From Basidiobolus meristosporus CBS 931.73 (taxonomy: Eukaryota; Fungi; Basidiobolomycota), in NCBI GenBank assembly GCA_002104905.1, contig MCFE01000333.1:28760-92759 (forward strand): a stretch of 64,000 nt of DNA. The letters are read 5' to 3'. Each line of letters begins with the position of its first letter. Position 1 is the first letter of the stretch. The position numbers and the translations under genes are program-made. Of this stretch, positions 1 to 14,198 are shown one piece after another. The notes beneath the pieces are model-generated. The model saw nothing but the letters and a program-made list of their open reading frames with translations. It did no database searches and was not told where the DNA came from.

Positions 1-640
1 ATATGGCAGCTTTGCAAGTATTCCACTAAAAAGCCATAAAGCTGAGGTGATAGAAGTGTGTCCATTGTGGCAGGTGTGTATGTTTGCAGTGGTTAGCAAG
101 CAGGAGGCCAAAGTATTTTTTGATCCAAGCTATTTGTGGAATACCCAAGGTAGTAGTGAGTAAGGAAATAAAGAGGGGCAATTCTACAATGGAATATGTG
201 AATTGCTCAAGGGAAGGTAGAAAAAGAAAATATCACTTAGTAAATTGGTACAGCAGCATTATGCAGAACCAGCTGTAGGCTACCATAGTGCGGTAACAAT
301 ACCGTCACAGGCCCACAATGAGGCCATCAAAACGCCATAAAGTTAGTAGCCATTTATGGCTATTGGATGCACTGGCTGTCTAGATCCAATCAAATAGCTG
401 TTGAGCACACTACAAATACAACATTGCCATGCCACCCTTGCCTAAACACCACACAAACACCAGTATGTTTTTTAACTTAAATTGGCTGTAAAGTTAGTCA
501 AATGCTGCTGTAATCCCATCATATGATTGTGTAGATAGTCATTAATTCCAAATTGCTGGTATTATAGCGGTCTCCTGATAGGATCTTGACAGCCAATCCA
601 GATTGGATCCACCTGTGGGTCCAAATTATTTTTCATAGGG
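1..640 (+). mobile_element. CACTA/CMC-like DNA transposon, right-end fragment (transposase 3' region to terminus)
   Basis: 1-280 is homologous to 48720-48920 and 31170-31450. It ends in gatccacctgtgggtccaaattatttttcataggg (640), the same terminal motif seen at 31793, 47579 and 49060 and, reversed, at 6333. Confidence 0.7.
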
Positions 641-1259
641 TTCAGTGTCAAGAAAAACACAGTTGAAGGCACTTTATTCTTTCTTCTTGCACTTTAAGGC
701 TTCCACTCTCACGTTATTAGGTGGGCATACTTCCCCCATGACAACAGCCCAAAGGCTTCTTTCTTGTAGCAACATCTTCAGCTTCACCTTCCACTTCATG
801 ATCAACACAAACATTAAAGTCAGATCTGTTACCATTGGGAGAGATTATAGTTCACTTATACATATAGCCACACATAATCATGGTTTTGTATTTCTCTCCT
901 TCAAATATAATTGGGTTAGCACCTTTCCAAGCTTTTTGGACCATGGTAGAATTGCTTTGATTAAAAAATACTATGGAATAAATTTGGGAAGATTGTTTTG
1001 GGCCTAGTTGTAGAGTACCAAACATATATCAGGAGATCTCTATCAGAAGAAAAAGTTTTATCTAAAGTAATTTGGATGTTCCCTTCTTTGAAAGTATAAG
1101 TATATAGGTGGAATCATAAATTTGCATATCACATACCATTTCAATGCACCTATGGTATCAGTATATTAAACTGATTTCAGAAAACTGATCCCTGATTGAT
1201 TGAATACATTTTGTACTCTAAAACCTTAAAGTCAGCAGGGACTTGATATGAATACAGTT

Positions 1260-1810
1260 GTGGTCAGTAGTCACAAAGAAAGCAAAGTATGTTAGCCTGC
1301 CCATACATAGAAATATATCTTTGCTTGTACAAGAATAAACTTGAGATAGAATCAAATAAGATAGATGACAGCTACTCTGGGTATTCCTCAAAAACAGTAC
1401 CCTTGAGGTCAGTTGGCTGTCAGCACAATTTCCAGGAAGTCTCATGTGGTCTAAGATTGGAGGTTCAGGTAGCAGCAGGTAGCAGTGATCACACTAATTA
1501 ACAAGTTGATATATTGATAAATGGGATGCTGGTTTGTGGTTGAGGGATTGCCTCCCTTTTATACATTTCTCACTGGCTAAGTGATTATAATCCTGGTGTA
1601 CTGGAAGGTTCTTGAGATCAATGGATATCTCAATAACTTCAAAAGGAGCTAAGAATCTTCTAAGCATATGCTAGAAGGCTCTAAGAGTTACAACATATCC
1701 AACAAATTAGGGATCAGTATTCTGAAACCTGTGTACCATAAGGTTGCTATGTATGGAGTGAAAATGTTAGGAATGGTGATACTGTTTTGTCAGGTGTCAC
1801 AGGTACTGGT
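1260..1810 (-). repeat. Fragment of the ~1-kb solo-LTR family (reference copy 34305-35378)
   Basis: Reverse-complement similarity to about 34530-35060, e.g. ggaggttcaggtagcagcaggtagcagtgatcac matches 34855-34890 reversed. Confidence 0.55.
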
Positions 1811-4800
1811 GCGGTGGTGTGAGGTACTCCTTAGAGAAGCTATACAGCTCAAAGTGTGTGAGGAGTCTGATGGGTGCAATAGCCTCTGGGTCTATGCTAC
1901 TAATGTCTTTGTTAATATGTCACTATGGTAAAAGCTCCTACTTCTCTAGCCTCCTAGGTGCTCCAAGTGTCTCCAAAAGCCTCTGTGTGTCCTATGGACT
2001 ACCTTGAAAAGCTTCTTGATGGTAAGTCTGAGGTGTACTGTAGAAGATAGGTACAGTGCTTCACTGCTAATTAATAAGGGAGAAGTGTTACTGATAGAAG
2101 GGATGATTTATTTATGAGGAATTTACTTCCCTTGATTACTTTTCCTAATTGCCAAGGGATCACCAATGACAAGGTTTTAGAAGATTCTAGGCATCAGTAG
2201 AATTCTTGATGACATCACAACTGTTAAATTTTCTGAGGAGTAGTGGAAGTGATATGGCAAACTAGAAGATTTACATGCTATTCATTTGCAGATTCATTGA
2301 TCAAAGTATGGTATTTAAACTTTTGATGAAGTAGAGCAATTATATGTGTAGAGATTGCTAAGGAAGGTTCCAAGAAAATGTGTGCAACACTTGGGTGCAT
2401 TTGGACAACTTTGAGAAAGGTCATAATGTGGGTACCTGATAATTGGGTGAAAATATTCTAAGTAAATCCCAACAGGAAACTTTGTCAGGAGAGAATCTAA
2501 TCAAAGAATAAGATCTGTATGACTGTGCTAGCATGAATATTTAGGTGACAACTTAATAATTACAACACTCTCACTCACAAATATTCATTAGTAATAAATA
2601 CATATTAAGATTGTTCAATTTGTAATATGAGTATAAAAACTCAAATGTGATGCAAACTGGACTAATATATTATCCAACAATGTATGCATTTGTGTTCAAC
2701 TTAGTCAAACAAGTAACTTGTAACTCAATGTGCGTTTCTATCTAATAGTATGCCTTAATATCTGAATGATCTGATCAAAATACTAATCATCATCTTTGAT
2801 TAGTTGTACAGGATTAAGTAATAAGCTAAGTCTAATTGTGAGATTTTAATGATGATATTTAGCCTCAGGGATATTTAATGCTTTAAATTTGAGCAAACAT
2901 GATCAACTTTTGGTACAGTTAAGGTTTTGACATTCACAGCAGATTGGGAGGCTCCTTATTTGCAGGCAATAGTCCATTTCATTTAGCCAACTTCACTGCA
3001 TATCCATATTAGGCTCAGTGACAGTTGGTTCCATCAAGTAGAGTCTATATGTGGTAAAAGAGCTGACCTATATTGGATCAGGTTAAGGTTTTGTCATTAA
3101 CGCCTGATCCAAATAATCCTCATTTCCTGGTGCAGAGGCACATACAACATGGCAAAAAAAGGTTTTGCCCAACTCTGAGCAGGGATGGCATGCTCCCACT
3201 TGAGCCACATCAGTTTAGTGATTCAAATCCACAAAAATGATCCCTGCACTGTTTTCCTTCAGCTCCATATATAGCAGACACCATGACTGCTGCTTGAGAT
3301 AATCTGCTCCAAAATATACTACAATATCTGACAGATCCTGTTGAAGAATGAAGGCACTTCTGGAGTTTTTGGCTTAGGAGCTTTGTAGAAGGGGCTCCAT
3401 GAAGCTTATCTGCCTTGCCAGATAATAAAGATATAGCCTATATAGGTTTTGGCTCCATTTGAATAGTACCCTAATTTGCAGTAGTAGTATTTTCCCATCT
3501 TTCTTCTTTTTCTTTTTCTGCTGATGATCCAAGGAAAATTCCTTTTGTGGGATAGTTCTGGACTTCCATACAGATGGGACAATGGGTGTTTTAGCATAGA
3601 AGTCCGCATGATATCATTGCTTCAGAATATATGACTATTTCAGAGTGATATCACCAAAATTGACATCCATTTAGATCAGTCATAAAATTTAATAGAATGG
3701 TCCAAAAATGATCAAATAAGCTGCATTTGAAAGCTAGTTTCATCAGTAATTTCATCTCAGACTTCTATGTATCAGCTTTTTTAGTTGTGGAGGTTGGCAG
3801 TGACTTGATCAATCAAAATTCTTCTGTTCTGATCTAGAGAATCAAATATCACCAAATGCTTTCTCCCACTATGCAATGTGATATATCATGTTTAAAGTAC
3901 CTTAGTATCTTCTGAATAGCATGTAATTGTATAATGGCACACTGTTGCTTTACTGTATGCTTGGTTTGCTTCACACTTTCTGGCTAGTGGTAGAATCTTC
4001 TTGAGTTAACTTTGCTAAATTGGCATAATACTTTCCAAAACCTTTTAGAGACTTTAGCAGAGAAATAGCACATCTAACAGCTCCATATATAGCTACTGGT
4101 ACATTGGTTTCAGTATCAAAACACCTGGTACAAATATAGCCTTCTTCCATTGGATTGTGTAGCATATCTCCATACTCCAGGTGGATATATATTTATTATA
4201 TATGACAAGGATCCTTACAATTCATAGTGCTTGCCTCTGAGATCTTCTTTCATCAATAGATAGTCCAAAAAGGCAGTTAACAGCTCCAGAATTTGCATTA
4301 TCAGCCATATTTTGAGCAGCAACAGATTTGATAATATCTTCTCATAGCAATTGTTCAATAATGATCTACAATCTTTTTAACAATTTAGGATACTATTCTA
4401 TCTAAAAGCCAGCGTAACAGAATATTGAGGTCATATGAATATATAGCTATATATCTCATTTTAGATCTGTGCCCTCAATTGCTGGAACTACGCAATTTTC
4501 TTCAGTATTAATAGAGTACAAACATACTATATTTCTTGACATATTTACGTGTTGGTATGATGAACTCTCCTTTATAACTAGCCTGAGTAGCTACTGAATG
4601 GGTCATTTGAAGGCAAGGCCTTCTTCTCCACAGCAATATCCTCATAAACATATACCTTTTGGCAGAGGTAGTCATCTTTGACTTTAGCAGAGCAATAATG
4701 TAGAAAGTTTTTCTCTAAACTTGCAAAAAAAAATCCAAGGCACAGTAGACACCAAGAGGACAGCAAGCTTGGGGCTCATAACCTGTTGCAATATTCTCAG

Positions 4801-5956
4801 GACTATGGGAAGTGATACAGAGAGCTAGAGAATTTATATGTTTTTCACCTGTGGATTTATTGTTCAAAGGTATGATGTTACTTTTGATAAGTTAGAGCAA
4901 ACAAATGTGTAGAGTTTTTTAAGGGAAGTCCCCAGAGCATGTGACCAAAATTTGATGTCTTTTTGACAACTTTGAGAAAGATCACAATAGGGATACTCAT
5001 GGCTCTATGTGGCGCTAACCAATAGAACAAGTCTATTGATCCAAAGTATGGTATTTATACTTTTGATAAAGTAGAGCAAACAAACATGTTGAGTATGTTA
5101 AGGAAGGTCCCAAGAATATGTGTGAAAACTTGGGGGCTTTTTGAAAACTTTGGGAAAGAATATAATATGGGTACATAATATTTTAGTGAAAATATTCTAA
5201 GTAAATCCCAAGGAGAAACTTGCTTGGGACAGAATGCTAATCAAAGAATAAGATCTATGCAACAAAGTTAGCATAATTATTTAGGTGACAATTTAATAAT
5301 TACAACTATATTAAGCTGAAAATATTCAAAGAAGGTTATGGAGGGTTCTGAAAGGCACAACACATCCAATCAATCAGGGATTGGTGGTCTGATATTTGAG
5401 TAGCAAAGTGATACCATATATGGTATTAAAATGGCAGGGATGGTTTCAAAGACCAAGGTCATGTGCCATGGACACTGCCACAGGTACCTGCTTGATGTAA
5501 TTACATTTGGTGATCACAAAGCTGTATAGCATTTGGTATATCTAATGCTGATAACTAATCAGGGTAAACATGATGTGGGGATAATACTAATGATTGGGTC
5601 AAGAAATACTATAATAATACCAATAAGATAAAACACAAGTATGCTCATCATTATAGCTCTATGAATAAACTTGCCTGTGGGAGGTGTGATCACCCTACCA
5701 TACTAATGCAGGTACTTGCTTAATATAGAATCACTAAAATATAGCAATATTACGTAAGTTTGGGCATAGCTTCCTGTAAGTGGCTTGGCATCTGTCTCCA
5801 GGACAACATGTGTCATGTACAGTGGGGATTTCAGCTTCCTCAGCATCTTCTGTTGTAATTATTAAGTTGGCACCTAATATTCATGCTAACATAGTTACAT
5901 AGATCTTATTCTTTGATTAGCATTCTGTGGCAATGGAAAGTATTCCATTACAACTA

Positions 5957-6288
5957 TAGACTTGTTCTGTTGGATGGTGCCACATTGAGCCATGAGTACC
6001 AAATGATGCCATAGTGTGCCAGAGATGCCAAGTGCACCTATACTTGGTCACAGAGTGTGAAACATAGCTCTGAATCTTCATGCAAGGCAGCCCCTGTGTT
6101 TCACCTATGATGCAGGAGAAAATCCATTTTTTGATGTTTTTTTATGGATCAATGCTGTGCAGGAGGTGTAAGAGCACAAAAGGATTGATGATATGCATCT
6201 GGTACTCTATACCCATGGCACTCTGAATCTAGCACCTGTGGCTTGTAACATGTCACAAAAATGCATGGCACTATCTTGGTTGACTGGT
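5957..6288 (+). repeat. Arm of the fold-back repeat family
   Basis: Colinear with 13575-13895, from tagacttgttct to ctatcttgg. Confidence 0.6.
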
Positions 6289-6332
6289 GTGGTGGTGTAA
6301 AGGTACTCCTAAGAGAAGCTACACAGCTCCAG

Positions 6333-9002
6333 CCCTGTGAAAAAAAATTTGGTCTTGCGGGTGGATCCAATACAGATCATCCATCAAGATCCTGTTTAGA
6401 GACCATCATAATAACAGCAGCTTGGAATAAGTGACCCTCCTGACAATCTTATAACAAGATCATGACGGTGTTTTGCAAATTTTACAGCCAAATAAAGGAA
6501 TAAAACTTGACAATTTTTGATTGGTGCTGTGACAATATTTGCATGGCACTGTTGCGGTCTTTCAGCGCTCTATTACTATTTTAAGTGGATCCACTTGGCC
6601 AGGACTTCCAATTGCCTTATATGACATGAAACTTAATGGTATTTTAATGGCCTTGCAGCAAGACTCTGATGGCTTTTTCTTGGCAGTATGATGGCCTGCT
6701 GCTGATTCTGTATAATGCTACTGTACCAATTTACCAAGTGGTATTTCCTTTTTCCACCTCCCCTTGTGTAATTCATATATTCCACTGTAGAGTCACCTTT
6801 CTTTATTTGCTTACCCACTACTATCTTGGGTATTCCACATATAGTTTGAATCAAAAAAAACTATGGCCTCCTGCTTACTAACCTCTACAAACATGCACAC
6901 CTTCTGCAATTGACATACCTCTATCACCTCAACTTTATGGTTTTTTAGTGTGATACTTGCAAAGTTGCCATATACCTTGTACTGCTGGTAGCATATACAT
7001 CTTGCAAACATATGCCTGGTTGTTGCCACTTCTGCCATGAATACCTCCTGAATATTGGCAAAGAACTTCTTGGTATTTGGCCAATATATTCCTTCTCCCT
7101 ACTGGATTCTATTCCCCCCTTATAGGTGCGCTCTGGCTTTTGTTTGTGTGAATTCCATACTGATTGGTGTAGAAGTTGGCTTGTGACCACAAGAAATCCG
7201 GCATATCTTGGTGGAGTTTTCCTGATAAAAACTAGTTGCTTGATGCACCCAACCCAACTTTGCATTACTTGAATGATTACTCACGCATTGGGGCTGCTTA
7301 GCTTCTTAATGCCATAGGCATACGTGTCCATGTGCACATTTGTCCGCAGTATTTTCCAACATTTTCTGGCTATCCTCCATGTGCCAACTCATCACATCCA
7401 TGATGGACTTGAAGGTAATATTCTTGATGAGATTGGGATATAGTAGTGCCTGCAACTTGACTTGTCTTCATATCTCCCCACACATCCGCTCCATAGGAAA
7501 CTCCCAAAAGGTGAAGCAACGCCCAGTATTCATCACACACCATGCAAGATGGAGTAGAGAATGGATACAGTAGCAGCAGAGATCTACACGTTCAGCTTTA
7601 TGTTTGTAGTATAACCGCTCAAATCCTGTCACAAACTCCTCACACAACAGCTGTAGATGTGTCATGTTGGCATTGGTGATCTGCTTCTGGATAAATATTC
7701 CTACAATGTCCACATATGACTCCCAATGCTTCCAATGTACTCTTGGTAGGAATGGCTTCAGGACACCACTTGAATAAACAAATATCCAATTCATCCAGTC
7801 TTTGCATTTGTATTGTTGTATATGCGTATGAATATTGATTGGAGCCCATGAGAAGTACTTAGGGTAGCGGATACTCTGTAATATCTTGCCAATTTTTTCA
7901 AAATTTTCCGTTATCCCACTGGAAAGCATACAAAATTCATTCAGCAATGGATACAGGTAGCTATCCAGGTTGGATGTTGATTTAGGCCCAGATATCAGTG
8001 AGACTACCATCAGATTATTCCTCTGATATTGTAAGATGACAGCAGAGTCAGATTGATGAGAATCAGTGGCCAGCAGGTTTTGCTGGTAGAGTACTAGTTT
8101 AATGAGAATCCATCAAGTGCTTAAGCAAAGGCATGGTCATACATACCTTCAAAGTAGCCCTTGCTTCTTAGCTGTTTGTAATATTTGACATCAAATATGT
8201 TGGATATGTTTGTGCTTGATTGATACTGGGTACAGTACTGTAGAGCTTTGCAATATTTGATGGACTGCATCAGCTTCCTCAGACAGGCTATGACCAGAAT
8301 ACATCTGGAGTGTGAACAATGTTTTCCCTCAGTGGTGGTGGATTCCTGACAATTTGGACACATTGCAATGGTAGTATTTTTGGATGTGAATGCCATGCAA
8401 CTGTTAACACATGCTGGAATCAGGACAGTCTCTGGATCATATGTTGCCAGCCGCATGATGGTTGTCCACTTGTACCATGTACATGGTAAGTTGCATCCTG
8501 GTATGATTTTGGCAAGAAGTAGTAGTAAATCCTCAAAGCCCCCATTACTGATATTAGTGAAAATGCACCACTTCTATAGCCACAACATTACATCATTCAC
8601 CAGTAGATGGATTACTGGGCTCACTTGGCTCCAAAAAGTATCCTTGGCATTTGTTTCAACAGGTGTTGTCTCATTGCATATAGGGATTTGACCGGGTCCA
8701 TATGTGGCACTGTTGTTAGGGGAGATAGGCTCAAAATCCATCAGTGAACCTTCTTTGTCAGGGCTATCACTCTGCATGCCATATACAGAAGGCTGAGGTG
8801 AGCCTAAAGGTTTCAAAAACTCACCTGACTCAGTTTGCGCAAGGTGACAAAGATGGCCAGGTGCCAATATAGAAGTATCAACTGCCGGCAAGATAATGTT
8901 GGTTCAGTAGTGATTAATGAATGGCCAAATATGACTTTAGTGGCAAAACACTGGCTGTGATCCTTGTAATACTTCTTATGCTGTCAGCATGATTCATGGC
9001 TG
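6333..9002 (-). mobile_element. CACTA/CMC-like transposon, decayed transposase; interrupted by Ty3/gypsy at 9003
   Basis: Broken ORFs (8574..8891, 8121..8456, 7468..8010) carry Transposase_21/Tnp2-like (VVSLISGPKSTSNLDSYLYPLL) and DUF4218-like (IHSLLHLAWCVMNTG...FWEFPMERMCGEI) motifs. Terminus CCCTGTGAAAAAAAATTTGG at 6333. Confidence 0.75.
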
Positions 9003-12000
9003 TGTTATGATCTGCTGCTTGAATATTTAAGTTATATCAGTTTTTAGTCAAATCAATTAGTTATATGTTTAATTTATCAGTAAATCAGTATTATCTATGA
9101 AATCAGTAGCATTATTCAGCAAATGAATCAGCAGATCCTTATCAAACAGAAATAGATATACTAAGTAGGATCTTATTGTGTGATTATGATGCCACCAAAT
9201 GAGTAATCAGCCACAACCTACATTAGGAAATGCAATTAGTCGGCAATTGATCTGGCAAAATGTATATAAGGAACTACTGGAACCTCAATAAAGATCAGTT
9301 CAAGTTTTAGTGAATACAATACTAGCTAAACTCCCTATTGCTCTACAACTCTTATACCAAGACTTGTAACATTGGTAGCAGCAATAACCAGAAACCTCCC
9401 TCCTGAAGAAATAAGAAGCCTCCCTCAAGATGTTGGAAAATCAAGAATGGAAGAATGCCATGCAGCAAATCCTGGCCCAGCAGCAACAGTTACTCCAGAT
9501 CCGGAGCCAGCAGCAACAAGGAATGACTACCATGGCTCAAAGCCAGCAAAACCCTGTGAAGAGCAACTTTAGTGTGAAGGTCAACCTGTACCATGGCAGA
9601 GTCAATGAAAACCGGGGAACTTGACTCTTTCAGATTGAAGAAGCTTTCAAGGCTAAAGAAATTGCTCCAGAAAGCAAGTTACATTATGCAGCTTCTTACC
9701 TTGCAGATGCAGCTTTACAGTGGTACCATAAAAAGATCAGGTCAGCCATTATGATGGGATGCTCTACAGTCTCTACCTGGGATGAGTTTGTGCTGGAAAT
9801 TCAGGAGGCCTTTGAACCTCCATACCAGCAGACACTACAAAGAAGGAAGTTAAAGACGCTCAGACAGCAAGGAATGGTTCAAGAATACATCTATGAGTAT
9901 AGATGTCTACTTGCACAAATTGAAAGAATGGACCCCCTGGATCAAGTTGAATACTTTATTGATGGGTTGAAAGAAAGAACTTGCAAGGAAGAGAATTATC
10001 AAAGACCTCAGACTATTGAAGAAGCCATCAAGATTGCCATTGACAATGACTCAGCTATGTTTGGAGTTGGGAAGCCCACAATGACTAGTCAGAGAGGCTA
10101 CAATCACTATGAAAGGAGACAATCAGAAGCAGTGCCAATGGAAGTAGATGCTATGCAGAAGAATCCTACCTCAGAAGAATGTAAGAAGAAAGGACTTTGC
10201 TTCAATTGCCACCAGCAAGGATGTATTGCAAAGTACTGCCCCCAGAGAAGAAATGGACACCAGCCAACAAGAACCTTCAACCATATTGAGTCCCATGGAC
10301 ACAGTAATGTGGAGGATGAGCTGGAAGAAGACTGGGAGCTCACCTTCCATTTGACAGAGGAGTACTTGTCCCAGATGACCTCAAACTCAGGGAAGTTATT
10401 GTACTTAAATGGAGTAATCAATGGAGTACCTGCCAAAATCATGATTGACTCAGGAGTATCACATGAATACATGTCAGAACAATTTGCCTTGAAAGCTAGG
10501 ATCAACTTGGAATCTACCATATCAACTTCAGTCTCCACAGCTGATGGGAACTCTCACATAATCAACTGTATTACCCAGCCGGCAAGAATGAAGATCAATG
10601 ACTATGAAGAAGACCTACAGGCTTATATTTTTGGAAACTGCAAGTTTGACCATGTACTTGGAAAAACCTGGCTATTTTGTTGTAATCTATCAATCAACTG
10701 GAAAACCCATGCTATGCAGATCCAAAAGGACAACAAGACCTATGAGCTATTACCTGCCAGACTAGATTTCAGCTTGGTCAATTCCAGTGTGTGTGAGACA
10801 AGTGAGCTTAGCAAAACACAGTTCTGTAGAGCACTAAGAAAAGGCACCCAGATGTTCCTCATGGCAGTATTACAGGAGGATTCCTTGACTCCAGTACCCC
10901 CGCAGGTCCAGACACTCTTGAAGAAATATTCAGATGTGTTTCCAGATGAACCTGTAAGCCTACCACCAGTCAGAGATGTGGATCATGCCAATGACTTAGG
11001 AGACAGCTCTCCAGTGAGCAAGACACCTTACAGAATGAGTCCATTGGAGTTGGAGGAAATGAAGAGACAAATTGATCAGCTATTGGAGCAAGGATATATC
11101 AGACCCAGCTAGTCACCTTGGGGAGCACCAGTGCTTTTTGTGAAGAAGAAGGATGGAACACTTAGGATGTGCATTGACTACAGAGCCCTCAACTCAGTTA
11201 CCGTGAAGAATAAGTACCCCATACCTTGGATTGATGAGCTCTTGGACCAACTCAATGGAGCCACTATTTTCAGCAAGATTGACCTCATGTCAGGATATAA
11301 CCAGATTAGGGAGAAGCCAGAAGACATCCCTAAGACAGCATTCAGGACCAGATATGGACATTACTAGTACTTAGTCATGAGTTTTGGCCTCACCAGTGCC
11401 CCTGCAACATTCATAACCCTGATGCAGACTGTCTTCCAGGAGTACTTAGACAGGTTTGTGATAATCTACCTAGATGATATACTGATATATAGCAAGACAG
11501 AAGAGGATCACTTGGTGCACATTGAAAAGGTCTTGAAGAAGCTAAGAGAGAACAAGCTTTATGGCAAGCTACCCAAGTGTGAATTCTTCAAGGAACACAT
11601 CAAATATCTGGGACACATAGTGACTAGCACAGGAGTAACCTTAGACCCTAAGAAGGTTGAAGTTATCAAGAACCTGAAGCAGACCCATAGCATAACAGAA
11701 CTCAGATCATTCCTTGGAATGGTTTCCTGTTATTGGAGATTTGTCAGGTCCTTTGTAAGTATTGCAGCCCCTTTAACTGACATTCTCAAGAAAGACAATA
11801 CCTACAAGTGGGACATAGCTTGTGAGACTGCCTTCCAGATGCTCAAGAATGAACTTGCTAAGCTGCCAAGCTTAAGAATACCAGACTCAGAAAAGAGTTC
11901 ACTCTGTGCACAGATGCTTCAGATTATGCAATTGGTGGAGTGCTGAGCCAAGAACACAAGGGAAATGACTACACTGTTGCCTTTGAATCCAAGAAACTGA

Positions 12001-12009
12001 ACTCAGGAG
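9003..12009 (+). mobile_element. Ty3/gypsy LTR retrotransposon copy A, truncated in RNase H
   Basis: 5' LTR 9003-9371 (TGTTATG...TGTAACA) and PBS TGGTAGCA 9373-9380. Gag zinc knuckle remnant [14 protein letters not shown], protease [17 protein letters not shown] and YLDDILIYS. Highly similar to 18534-21540. Confidence 0.92.
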
Positions 12010-12769
12010 TGTTACAAGTCTTTGTATAAGAGTTGTCGAGGAATAAGGAGTTTAGCTAGTATTGTATTCACTAAAACTTGAACTGATTTTTATTGAGGTT
12101 CCAGCAGCTCCTTATATACATTTTGTCAGATCAATTGCTGACTAACTGTATTTCCTAATGTAGGTTGTGGCTGATGACTCATTTGATTGCATCATCATCA
12201 CACAATAAGATCCTGCTTAATATATCTGTTTCTGTCTGATAAGGATCTGCTGATTCATTTGCTGACTAATGCTACTGATTTCATAGATGATACTGATATA
12301 CTGATAACCTAAACATATACTAAATGATTTGACTAAAAACTGATCTAACTTAAACATTCAAGCGGCAGATCATAACATTCTCCCCTACTAAAGTTGAGAG
12401 GGTTCTCCTGAATCTCTTTTCTTGTGATACCAATATCTTGATGGTTCAGTATTATCAGCAAGTCTTGCAAGCTTGAGTCTGTCCCTATGCACCAAGTCTT
12501 CCCGGATATTACCTTGTTTGTCCACCAGTTGGTAAGTTGCAAATGAACATTCTCTGATGATCTTGAATGGTCATGTCCATTGTGGCTCAAACTTCTTCCA
12601 AGTGTTGTTTCTTAGCAATACAAAGTTCCCAACTGTCAATGCTTCTGGTGCTATAGTCTTATCAAATCTCTGCTTCATTGTTTCTTCACTTTGAGATACT
12701 TTGGTCTGTGCCTTTTGACGTCTTTGTTCCAGTTGCTGGTGTCTACTTGGCTGACTAAGTTCATCTTCT
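12010..12769 (-). mobile_element. Ty3/gypsy copy C: 3' LTR, PPT and integrase tail in antisense orientation
   Basis: 12010-12377 is the reverse complement of the LTR, and 12378-12390 (ttctcccctacta) is the reversed PPT. 12391-12769 matches about 22710-23090 reversed. Confidence 0.9.
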
Positions 12770-13680
12770 GGTACTATCTGCCATTATAAGCGCTTTGTAT
12801 ATATTTCACTTTAGATCTAATATTTAAATATAGTGGTAGATAGTACCAGTGGACCAAGATAGTGCCATGCATTTTTGTGACATGATACAAACCACCAGAG
12901 CAAGACTCAGAGTCACATGGCTTGCATCAACCATTAGTATAGTTAGGTGATAGGTATTCTGATAGTCCAGATTTCTTATGACTGGTGTTGATACTAGGGC
13001 CTTTTTTAGCAGTTACATTGAGTTTTCTTTTTCTTCTCACCTGAATAATAGGGCGCTCTTTCTTTGCAGTCAGTATATTGGTTGTGCAGTCTAAGTAGTT
13101 GCATTGAATTCTTTTTCTTCTCCCCTGATGAATAGGGTGCTCTTTCTTTGTAGTCAGTATATTGTTTATACAATTTCAGAAAATTGTGGTATATAGATCC
13201 TGAATAAGCCATAAGCTACCACAAAGTCATAAGCTTGGGTCTGGCTTATGGAAGTGTGCCAGTTACATATTTTTTGTGCCTTGGAGGCTACAGGTGAACA
13301 ACCCATAGTGTTGCATCTTTGTCCAACAGTGGATATCTCTGATGCTCCATCAGCAGGAACTTAACAAGAATGTGTTTGTAGTCATTAGTAGTAAATACAG
13401 AGAAGAATTTTTGTCAGTACAAGAGCAAACTTAGGAAAGAATCAAATAGAATAAATGCTATTTGCTCTGAGTGTTCCTCATATGTAGTTTCTCTAAGGTA
13501 AGTTGATTGTCAGTGCAGTCTCCTAGGAGTGTTCTATGGTCTGGGATTGGAAGCTCAAGTGGCAGTTATTAGACTAGACTTGTTCTTTTGGATAGTGACA
13601 CATTGAGCCATGACTGCCAAATGATGCCTCTGTGTGCCAGGGAGGCCAAGCAAACCTACAGTTGGCCCCAGAGTGTGAAA

Positions 13681-14198
13681 CATAGCTACTCATCTTCATG
13701 CAATTCAGCCCCTGTGTTTCACCCATTGTGCTGGAGAAATTCCATTTTTTGACCTTTTTTGGATCAATGATGTGTAGGATGTGTAAGTGCACATTGACTG
13801 AAGACATACATCTGGTACTTAATATCCATGACACTCTGAATCTAGCTCCTGTGACTTGTATCATGTCACAAAATTGTATGACACTATCTTGGCTCACTTG
13901 TACTCTCTGCTACTATATTTAAATATTAGCCCAGAAGTAAGATCTGTATAAAGCACCTATAGTGCCAGATAGTACCAGCAGACCAAGATAGCACCATGCA
14001 TTTTTGTTACATGTTACAGGTCACAGGAGCTAGATTCAGAGTGCAATGGGTATTAAGTACCAGATGCATGTCTTCAATCCATCTGTGCTCTTAAACCTCC
14101 AGCCCATCATTGATACAAAAAAACGGTAAAAAAATGGATATTCTCCTACAAAATAGGTGAAACACAAGGGCTGCTTTTCATGAAAATGCAGAGCTATG
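13681..14198. repeat. Long imperfect palindrome (fold-back / MITE-like element)
   Basis: Arms 13681-13909 and 13966-14198 are reverse complements (e.g. ctctgaatctagctcctgtgac vs gtcacaggagctagattcagag), with a ~56-bp spacer. Confidence 0.75.

Noticed and set aside
2600-4800. Possible additional DNA-transposon relic (short ORFs 3406..3609, 3971..4165)
   Set aside because: No convincing motif, terminus or second copy was found by eye. Needs TBLASTX or an HMM search.
9003-12377. DIRS-like or TIR element suggested by inverted terminal LTRs
   Set aside because: The coding content is ordinary gypsy with no tyrosine recombinase, and the PPT and integrase continue beyond the inverted LTR, indicating a nested copy.
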